This document shows, piece by piece, positions 24,420 to 31,084 of a stretch of DNA of 31,084 bases. This DNA comes from a virus (Duplodnaviria; Caudoviricetes), in IMG/VR virus record IMGVR_UViG_3300027656_000032, positions 1 through 31,084 of that record; one strand, given 5' to 3'. A program made the position numbers and the translations under genes. How positions within the stretch are numbered: the stretch's first letter is position 1; the number at the start of each line of letters is the position of its first letter. The notes under the pieces are model-generated. The model was not told the origin of the DNA and ran no database searches. It saw nothing but the letters and a program-made list of their open reading frames with translations.

Positions 24420-24533
24420 TGATTCCCCCGAATCTTAGAGGTGAAGAGTGGGTAAGTCGGGGGAGTCCTACCCACTCTTCACACTATTAAAGAACCTTCA
24501 GATTAGAAGGTTGATGCTTCTATCTTTAGAAGC
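24420..24533 (-). promoter_or_regulatory. Structured intergenic RNA: three hairpins plus potential RBS pseudoknot
   Basis: Stems GCTTCTA/TAGAAGC, AACCTTC/GAAGGTT and a perfect 14-bp GTGAAGAGTGGGTA/TACCCACTCTTCAC; the loop TCCCCCGA is complementary to the downstream RBS TCGGGGGA. Confidence 0.7.
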
Positions 24534-25872
24534 TAGGTGCCGACAATCCGGTTCCTGAGATGATTGAGGCTGCTAGAGGGTAGCGCTCTGCGGTATAGGC
24601 TGCGTAGCCATATACAACAGTCTTGATTGTCAGGCTGCCTGCACCTGTTGCATCATAACGAAGTGTGAATGGTGATCCTGGTTGTTCCCAAAGGTGAGAT
24701 TCACCTGCGTTGACAACATAGATTTCATCCTGGTTTGTTGTTGTTCCGTATGTAGTTCCAACATTTGCATCAGTAATGATTGGGAGACCCATCATCTGAT
24801 AGCCAGAGTTTCCATATGCAGAACCACCTGTTCCAACACCTGCTGCATTCATTGGGCCGTTAGCGGCTGGCACTACCAATGGGCGGTTTGTGCTGTCAAC
24901 TGCTGCAAGCAAGAATGCTAGGCGGCGTGGGTGCATGATGAAGTGTGTTGGGTTTGTGAATGAGTTTGTCTGAATCTGTTGGATCGCATCTGCGAGTTTT
25001 GGATATAGCAGACCAACTGTTGGTGCTGTTGATGTGAATGTGATTGCGTTTCCGCCTGATGCACGAAGGCCCTTGATTGTGCCGGCTGTACCTGCACCAT
25101 TTAGGATTTGTGAATCAAGTGTTGTGTGCCATGACTTGATCAAGTCTGCTGCAACGAAAACATCAATGCCTGTTCCACGCTCAATCGCTTGGCGTGATAG
25201 GTCTTGCTGTCCTGCAATTGTACGAACATTCACAGTCAGCAATGTATCGTCAACATCTGTCTCTGATACTGCATCGTTCTGTGTAACCTGTACGGCTGTT
25301 GATGATCCTGTTGTCATGCGAGAGATATTCAGGGTCATGCCAGATGGTGGAAGTGTCATCTTGTTTGTTGCAAAGTCTGCAAATGGGCGACCTGCACGAG
25401 CAAGTGGAGCTGCTAGATCAATGAGGTACTGTGGAATTACAAGACCTTCGAACTGTGGAGTTCCAACATCGCGGCGCTCAATCTCTTCTTCGCGCATATG
25501 GCGAGCAAGACGATCCTGTGCTGTGAAGTCTGACTTGAACTGTGCGTTGTAAGCATCCTTGAAGAATGATGAATCTGAACGCTCTGAGTATGTGCGTGCT
25601 TCGCGTGTAACTGTTGTTCCACCAACTCGTGGTGTTGCAACTGCTGCAACTGATGAGCGAATTTCAGATGCCTTTGCATCTGCATCTGCCTGTGCCTTTA
25701 GCTTTTCGATCTTTGAATCTAGTGAGCGTGCTTCTTCTACGAGAGCATCAACCTTCTCGGTTTCCTCAACAGTAAGGTCGGTGCGATCCTCTGAAGCGAC
25801 TGCCTCAAGAACTGCATCCATTTCTGCCTTTACTGCATCACGGCGCTCAACTACTTTGTCAAAATATGACAT
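24526..25872 (-). CDS. Major capsid protein, HK97 fold with N-terminal coiled-coil (delta) domain
   Basis: 448 aa; helical N-terminus, GLVIPQY, FIMHPRR, GLPIITD motifs; follows the protease; AAGGAG RBS. Confidence 0.93.
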   Translation of the reverse strand: MSYFDKVVERRDAVKAEMDAVLEAVASEDRTDLTVEETEKVDALVEEARSLDSKIEKLKAQADADAKASEIRSSVAAVATPRVGGTTVTREARTYSERSDSSFFKDAYNAQFKSDFTAQDRLARHMREEEIERRDVGTPQFEGLVIPQYLIDLAAPLARAGRPFADFATNKMTLPPSGMTLNISRMTTGSSTAVQVTQNDAVSETDVDDTLLTVNVRTIAGQQDLSRQAIERGTGIDVFVAADLIKSWHTTLDSQILNGAGTAGTIKGLRASGGNAITFTSTAPTVGLLYPKLADAIQQIQTNSFTNPTHFIMHPRRLAFLLAAVDSTNRPLVVPAANGPMNAAGVGTGGSAYGNSGYQMMGLPIITDANVGTTYGTTTNQDEIYVVNAGESHLWEQPGSPFTLRYDATGAGSLTIKTVVYGYAAYTAERYPLAASIISGTGLSAPSF

Positions 25873-25987
25873 TTTGTCTCCTTGTGAGTTTGTTGTTTTG
25901 GAAGTGAGGTGGTGGCGATGCTTCTCACGGCGCTTGCAGGGTGTGAGTCTCGCTCCGACTTCGATCTGTCAGATTGCTGACAGAAAC
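25873..25987 (-). promoter_or_regulatory. Structured leader of the major capsid gene
   Basis: TCTGTCAG/CTGACAGA hairpin, then nested stems GAAGT/ACTTC, GCGA/TCGC, CTCAC/GTGAG, then an A/C-rich spacer and the RBS. Confidence 0.5.
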
Positions 25988-27505
25988 TTATTTTGTGCGG
26001 TTAACGATTGCCTGTGCTAAGCGAAGAGAAATCTTGCGACCTTCTTCTTCGGTTGCTTCAGGTAGTGGTTCAATGTAACGAAGTTCAGACATTTTGTGAC
26101 CAACCAAAGTTTCTGTTGGTCGGTATCCATCACGATATTCTTCATAGACACGAATCAAAACGGCAGGATCGCCATCTTCGGCTGTGATGCTGAATTCTGT
26201 TCCTGGAATACCTAACACGCCTTCTTCCATAATGTGTTCAATGCGACCTTTAGCAGTACCACCGCTTGAATCCCATTCAACAAAGTCACCCACATTTTCG
26301 CGTGATTCTTCTTCAATTTCACCTTCTGCGCCTGTGAGTATTGCCATCATTTCAACGGCTTTCATGATGTATTCATGACCTTCGCTCAAATCATCAAAAA
26401 TTGTTTTTAAGACGATCAAAGATTCACCGGTAACTTCACGACCTTCTTTGATTGCATCTATGGCATTTTGTAATGCCTCGCGTGCTTCAACACTTGTTGT
26501 TGGATAAGCAGGATATGTGACGACTGAGACATCGCCATCTGCAAGTGAAACCTCTGTGAGAACACGTTGGCTTCTATCATCTGACCACTTCTGACGAATC
26601 ACACGGAAAGCAAAAGACATTTGGTCAACATCTCCGCGCTCAACCAACTTGTAAAGGTCGCGCCCCTCTGATGTGTCTGCAATTGTTGCATCCATATACA
26701 AACCGCGATCATCTTCAGTCAGTTTCAATGTGCCATTCTTTGTGCGAGCTAGTGGCAAACCTTCATGGTTGATAAGTAGGCGAACATCAGGTGTTTCGCT
26801 GAGTGTCTTGCGAAAGGCTCCCGGTGCGATGCTTTCCTTGAAAGGAAGGGGAACGCTTGAATCATTAAACACGGCTGCATATCCTGAAAGGCGCATTGTT
26901 CCATCTTCGGCTTGACGTGCTTCAACATCTCGCACGGTAAATGTGCGGCGTTCAATTTTTTTCATTTTGCTCCTTGAATCAGATTCGGCATCGAGCGCAT
27001 CAATCTTGCGTTGCGCCCAATTTTGCGCCCTGTCAGAAAAGTTGGAATCTCCACCCCATAACAACCAAGCAACAAGACCTGCGCCTGGGTACTGTGGGTC
27101 TGAAGGATCGCTGTTTTTTGGTGCTTGTCCATCTACTTGATGGCGAGCGAACCACGGTGCCATCTTGCGAACTTTGTTTTCGGTAATTCGACCTGCTGCC
27201 ATTTCGCGTGCTTCACGCTTTGTGCCTTCAGTTAAACCATCGCCCCCAAAACCTTCTTCAAGGTATTTCAAACCTCGTTGAGCATTTTCACGAATGAAAG
27301 AAGGAACGCTCAAATCTACTGCGCGAGTATTGATTTCCCCACCTGGTTCCATATCCTCTGAGATAGATACTGCGACCATTTGATCAATTGCATCTTGCTT
27401 GTTTTCGTGACAACCAATTGTTGTATATGAGCCATCAGTTTCTTCTTTGACAGTTGCCCAACCTGAACAATCGCTTTGTTTATCGCTGATGAAATACGGC
27501 ATCAC
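25988..27505 (-). CDS. HK97-family prohead protease with N- and C-terminal extra domains
   Basis: Core LSGYAAVFN..E.IAPGAF..LINH..LART..GDVDQMSFAF..DVSVVTYPAY; about 180-aa N-terminal extension; C-terminal VGDFVEWDSSGGTAKGRI Tudor-like segment. Confidence 0.9.
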   Translation of the reverse strand: MMPYFISDKQSDCSGWATVKEETDGSYTTIGCHENKQDAIDQMVAVSISEDMEPGGEINTRAVDLSVPSFIRENAQRGLKYLEEGFGGDGLTEGTKREAREMAAGRITENKVRKMAPWFARHQVDGQAPKNSDPSDPQYPGAGLVAWLLWGGDSNFSDRAQNWAQRKIDALDAESDSRSKMKKIERRTFTVRDVEARQAEDGTMRLSGYAAVFNDSSVPLPFKESIAPGAFRKTLSETPDVRLLINHEGLPLARTKNGTLKLTEDDRGLYMDATIADTSEGRDLYKLVERGDVDQMSFAFRVIRQKWSDDRSQRVLTEVSLADGDVSVVTYPAYPTTSVEAREALQNAIDAIKEGREVTGESLIVLKTIFDDLSEGHEYIMKAVEMMAILTGAEGEIEEESRENVGDFVEWDSSGGTAKGRIEHIMEEGVLGIPGTEFSITAEDGDPAVLIRVYEEYRDGYRPTETLVGHKMSELRYIEPLPEATEEEGRKISLRLAQAIVNRTK

Positions 27506-28896
27506 TCAACCTCATAAACCGATGAAGGATCAAGTGGGTCAATTTGAGCAACAGGTTGCAACTGACTTGAAGGAACGCCTGTGTGTGCCATAGGTGGCAA
27601 TCCAATTGCAGCCAATACCTCTTCAGGGTTGTAGCCGACTTGAACGAGTTGTGTAACGATTTCTGCACGTAGCTTGACACCAACATCTTTTGCATCACTT
27701 GCATCAATGTTTTGCAATGGCACGCGATAGTTGTCACCATCAGGGATCGGTGCCATATCTTCCATTGCATGAACATCGTTGAGGCTCAAGAAACCTTCAC
27801 GCAAGCCCTTTGTGTAGGCTTCAAATCGCTCAAGAGTTGTGCCTCGTAGTAAAGCATCAAGATTAAACTTGATGAAACCATCAGATTCAGGAAGTAAAGT
27901 GCTGAATGATTGCTCTAAACGCTCAAGCAATGGGCGCAATGAGTGCTGAACAAATGAAAGATTCTGTGCTTCAACGGATGCAAATGACATCGCGCCTGCT
28001 ACTGGATGACCCAAAAGGCTGATTGGAACGCGGAACAATCGAGCAATATCTTCCACATTGAATCGGCGTGTGTCGAGCAATTGTGCATCTTGAGCGTTCA
28101 AAGTTAATGGCTTGAATGAAGCACCACCTGAAAGCACGCCAATTTTTCCTGCACGGTATGGGCCTGTGTGAGTGATGTTCCAATCGCGCCCAATATCTTG
28201 TGCTTGCTCTTCTGTCAGTTCGCCAGGAACTTCAATGACTCCGCCTGGGTTGGCTGCATTGCCAAAATATGCTGCTGCATAGGTGTCGGCTGCCATAGCA
28301 GCTCCAATTGTTAAACGAGCAGCAGCGATTGGGCCGAGACCATAGTGCGAACCAGGAAGTCTGAACAATGGGATGTGCAGCATTTCATTCTTAGTAAGAA
28401 TTTGGGTGTATGCACCCTGCTCATCTCGTGTGTGAACCTCGTACACAAGGGGTTCATTAGGGCGCAGACGACGAATACGGACATCATCAGGGTTGAGACA
28501 ATAAACTTCCACAACCTCGTTGTTGTCATCGCGTACAGTCAAGATGAAGGCATTTCCGTGAATGTTCAACGATGAGATGACTTGCTCATAAAATTCAATT
28601 CGTGATGTTTCAGGGTTAGGCTTAGTGACCCACATTGGAGTCTCGCCATATGCTGCTGCATAAGAAATGCGAGAACGACCACGGCGAACATATGCGCCAA
28701 TTGGTAGTGAACTGATTGTGTCACCGAGAAGCCGAACGCAAGCATAAACCGTTGACATACGGATCGCGCTGTCAGGAGTAACTTCAATTCCTGAAGGTGC
28801 CATGTATGCAGGGCGACCAGGAATCAATGGTTCAACCCATTGACTATCGTTGGTTCGCTTTTCTGCTGCTGCGCGAAGTCTCTTGCTTAAACTCAT
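27502..28896 (-). CDS. Portal protein, HK97 family
   Basis: VYACV..ISSLP..PNP..GNAF..LHI..YFGN.A.PGG..DAQLL..IARLFRVP..LLRG motifs. Confidence 0.95.
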   Translation of the reverse strand: MSLSKRLRAAAEKRTNDSQWVEPLIPGRPAYMAPSGIEVTPDSAIRMSTVYACVRLLGDTISSLPIGAYVRRGRSRISYAAAYGETPMWVTKPNPETSRIEFYEQVISSLNIHGNAFILTVRDDNNEVVEVYCLNPDDVRIRRLRPNEPLVYEVHTRDEQGAYTQILTKNEMLHIPLFRLPGSHYGLGPIAAARLTIGAAMAADTYAAAYFGNAANPGGVIEVPGELTEEQAQDIGRDWNITHTGPYRAGKIGVLSGGASFKPLTLNAQDAQLLDTRRFNVEDIARLFRVPISLLGHPVAGAMSFASVEAQNLSFVQHSLRPLLERLEQSFSTLLPESDGFIKFNLDALLRGTTLERFEAYTKGLREGFLSLNDVHAMEDMAPIPDGDNYRVPLQNIDASDAKDVGVKLRAEIVTQLVQVGYNPEEVLAAIGLPPMAHTGVPSSQLQPVAQIDPLDPSSVYEVE

Positions 28897-29045
28897 TTGT
28901 CAACCTTTTCTGTCGCCCATACTAAGAACCCACCGAGCGCAATCAACGCGACAGGTACGGAAAGCATCCAAAGCCCACTTGTTACCAAAGAAACACCGAT
29001 GACCTCAATGATGAGTGCATAATCAATCTTCTTCAAGAAGTTCAT
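28893..29045 (-). CDS. Small two-TM protein between TerL and portal (50 aa, not in ORF track)
   Basis: MNFLKKIDYALIIEVIGVSLVTSGLWMLSVPVALIALGGFLVWATEKVDK; AAGGAG RBS; ATGA overlap with the portal gene. Confidence 0.75.
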   Translation of the reverse strand: MNFLKKIDYALIIEVIGVSLVTSGLWMLSVPVALIALGGFLVWATEKVDK

Positions 29046-29053
29046 TGCTCTCC

Positions 29054-30580
29054 TTAGACTTGGATAGAAAAATATCGTGCGGTTGGTGGCTTTGGTGGTG
29101 CTGGTTGGGTAGCTCTGTCATAACCAAAGATTGAAGCAACGGCAGCATCGACCTTACGGCGAGAACTTGCCTTTGCAACCATCACACCTCTTGATGATTG
29201 TTTCGTGACACAGTTGGCGATGTGCCTTGCAAGGCGCTCATCCCCATCATGAGTGAATGATTGATTGACAACGCCTTCGTAGAATTTTTGCGTTGCAGGA
29301 ACCATTCGCTCTGCGCTGTTGGGGTAGGCGAGAACGGGGAGTCCTTCTTCATCAAGAACCATAAAGGTTCTGTTCCATCTGGCAGGGTCGAAAACAATTT
29401 CGCGCACATCAAATCGAGTATCTCGTGCAAATGAAATGATTGTCTGTTCAACTTCTGCAATTGGTACATACCATCCTTGTTCGGCATCGTCAGGTTTTTC
29501 CCATAACCCAACAACGCTCAAGTGTGGCTTTTCTCCGCCGAGTGACCATGCAACAAGTGCAGTTGAGTCATTGGAGAATGAACCATCGAATGCAAGGACA
29601 ACTTCTTCGCCAGGTATTGGAACTCTTGTTTTATCTTCTATCGCTTCCCATGAACCTGTTGGCAACCAGGCAACAGATGTGCTGACAAAGCAATTGATGC
29701 GCTTGGTGCGAAACTCAGCTTCAGGGGTTCGCAACACGGCGCTCTCAAAATCGCTTAAATCAACGATGTCACCGAGTCCGGGATTTGCTTGCGCCCATAG
29801 GTTTTGATCACGGTGATCACCTTCAGGTTTTTCAGGTTCCCACCATGCAAAGAAAAATGATTTGTCTTGAACTTCTTCTTTGACGATCTTCTGTCCGTAT
29901 TGATACAGAGAATAACAAAGTGAGTCTTGACCATTGGCTTGTGTTTTCACACCTGCCGTTGTAATTCCAAAGAGCAATGAATCAGCTCGTGCGCCACCTG
30001 CAAGTGAGAGTGTGTTCCACAAATCCCACGAAGGTTGTGCGTGAACCTCGTCAAAGATGACAAGCGGTGAAGGGTTCAAACCTTCTTTTGTGTACGCCTC
30101 TGCCGATAGCACTCGGTACACAGATGCTTTTTCTTTGAACTCAATTGCATCGCGGTAAAGCGTGAACATGGATGAGAGTTCTTGATCCAACTCAATCATT
30201 CGCTTGGCGGTGCCAAATACGATTCGCGCTTGATCCCGGTCTGCTGCACATGAATAAATTTCTGAACCATTGCCGCCGACTGTTAGACCTGCAAGACCCA
30301 TTGATGCTGCCAATGCAGACTTGCCATTCTTGCGTGCCATTCCGACAAGGGCGGTGCGATGACGAAATCTTCCATCTTCACGGCGAGCAAGTGAGTGACG
30401 AAGCAACTCGCGTTGCCAGGGGCGAAGCGATAGCAACTTGCCGGCAGGCGATGCGACCGAATCCTTTGTCACTCGACAAACTGTTTCAGCAAAGTCGGCG
30501 TACAAGTCACCGTCTCCGCGAACTTGTTCATCAAGTGGAACTTCAGTCAACCATCGTGGCGGCCAAGACTTGTCAGACAT
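29054..30580 (-). CDS. terL: Terminase large subunit
   Basis: LRPWQ, ARKNGKS (Walker A), VIFDEVH (Walker B), ITTAG, FDGS..DSTA, KVDAAVA nuclease motifs. Confidence 0.96.
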   Translation of the reverse strand: MSDKSWPPRWLTEVPLDEQVRGDGDLYADFAETVCRVTKDSVASPAGKLLSLRPWQRELLRHSLARREDGRFRHRTALVGMARKNGKSALAASMGLAGLTVGGNGSEIYSCAADRDQARIVFGTAKRMIELDQELSSMFTLYRDAIEFKEKASVYRVLSAEAYTKEGLNPSPLVIFDEVHAQPSWDLWNTLSLAGGARADSLLFGITTAGVKTQANGQDSLCYSLYQYGQKIVKEEVQDKSFFFAWWEPEKPEGDHRDQNLWAQANPGLGDIVDLSDFESAVLRTPEAEFRTKRINCFVSTSVAWLPTGSWEAIEDKTRVPIPGEEVVLAFDGSFSNDSTALVAWSLGGEKPHLSVVGLWEKPDDAEQGWYVPIAEVEQTIISFARDTRFDVREIVFDPARWNRTFMVLDEEGLPVLAYPNSAERMVPATQKFYEGVVNQSFTHDGDERLARHIANCVTKQSSRGVMVAKASSRRKVDAAVASIFGYDRATQPAPPKPPTARYFSIQV

Positions 30581-31037
30581 TGCGCTTTTGCGAAAGTAGT
30601 TCGTCTAACTTGCTGCGAACCTTAACTTCTGCAACCCCCAACTTGCTTCGATCAGAAGGTGTCAAACCTAGAACTGACAGAAGTTTCAAAATCTCATTCT
30701 CTGTTGTGCTAATCATTCCAACAAGTGGGTTTGCGTAGGCATAGCCTTTGTCCGTGAAAAGGACATAATCTGATTCTTTCAACTTTTCAACAAGTTGACT
30801 TTTACGATCAAACTTTTCGCATAACTCAATCAAGGCGATGCCATCTGAGTTTGCAATCCACGGTGCCATCGCACGAATGTCTGCCCAAAGTTTCTTTGCG
30901 CCCTTTGAAAGCTGCGCAGGTGGCTTGTCATCAACACGCGGAAGCGCAATAACATTGCTCACATCAGGCAGTTTGCGCTTGCCTGGGTTTCCCAATGCAC
31001 GCTTGAGTTCAGTTGGTTTCGGTGCTGGCCCTGTCAT
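30573..31037 (-). CDS. terS: Terminase small subunit (P27 family)
   Basis: GP.PKPT.LK...GNPGKR..PP..L...W..NP....LGLTPSDRSKL. Confidence 0.92.
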   Translation of the reverse strand: MTGPAPKPTELKRALGNPGKRKLPDVSNVIALPRVDDKPPAQLSKGAKKLWADIRAMAPWIANSDGIALIELCEKFDRKSQLVEKLKESDYVLFTDKGYAYANPLVGMISTTENEILKLLSVLGLTPSDRSKLGVAEVKVRSKLDELLSQKRNV

Positions 31038-31084
31038 ATTTTTTTTGCCTTCATATAAATTAAACGCCCCCTATGCTAAATTGC

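Larger units (their letters stand above)
1..31084. mobile_element. Near-complete tailed dsDNA phage genome (HK97-type head, siphovirus-like tail), actinobacterial host
   Basis: Packaging, head, tail, lysis and replication modules are all present. HNH at the left end and TerS at the right end are normally adjacent across cos. WhiB points to Actinobacteria. Confidence 0.95.

Noticed and set aside
25034-26020. Long plus-strand ORFs (25034-25552, 25559-26020; likewise 30172-30738, 15940-16335, 5045-5464)
   Set aside because: Antisense shadows of well-supported minus-strand genes, with no recognisable motifs.
1-31084. Integrated prophage or lysogeny module
   Set aside because: No integrase, CI-like repressor, ParA or flanking host genes were recognised.

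Overview
An essentially complete (~31 kb) HK97-type siphovirus genome of an actinobacterial host. The host call rests on a WhiB gene, an actinobacterial-type transglycosylase and holin, and mid-40s %GC by eye, which suggests low-GC freshwater Actinobacteria (inference). Almost all genes are on the minus strand. From the right end the order is: TerS, TerL, portal, extended prohead protease, major capsid, a glycosyltransferase, head-tail genes, two tandem tail-tube paralogues, frameshifting tail chaperone, tape measure, tail and fibre genes, a five-gene lysis cassette, and a sugar-modification operon (two GT-like proteins plus an NAD-dependent epimerase). A short plus-strand cassette with its own promoter follows (small proteins, RHH regulator, stand-alone Prim-Pol). 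The leftward early/replication operon then encodes an Hjc-like resolvase, WhiB-HTH, transglycosylase, Cas4-like nuclease, SSB-like protein and primase-helicase. It is followed by a putative origin, a probable late regulator and promoter, Endo VII and the packaging HNH. The window ends lie between HNH and TerS, where a cos site is expected. No integrase, CI-like repressor, DNA polymerase or CRISPR array was seen. The most interesting signals are a set of structured intergenic RNA candidates (an RBS-sequestering pseudoknot between capsid and glycosyltransferase, a tmRNA/tRNA-like mini element, a multi-stem capsid leader), a possible virion-glycosylation system, a divergent control region with DnaA- and WhiA-type sites, a likely non-canonical ATC start, and a spanin-like overlapped lipoprotein gene. 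All product calls come from motif recognition, not database searches.
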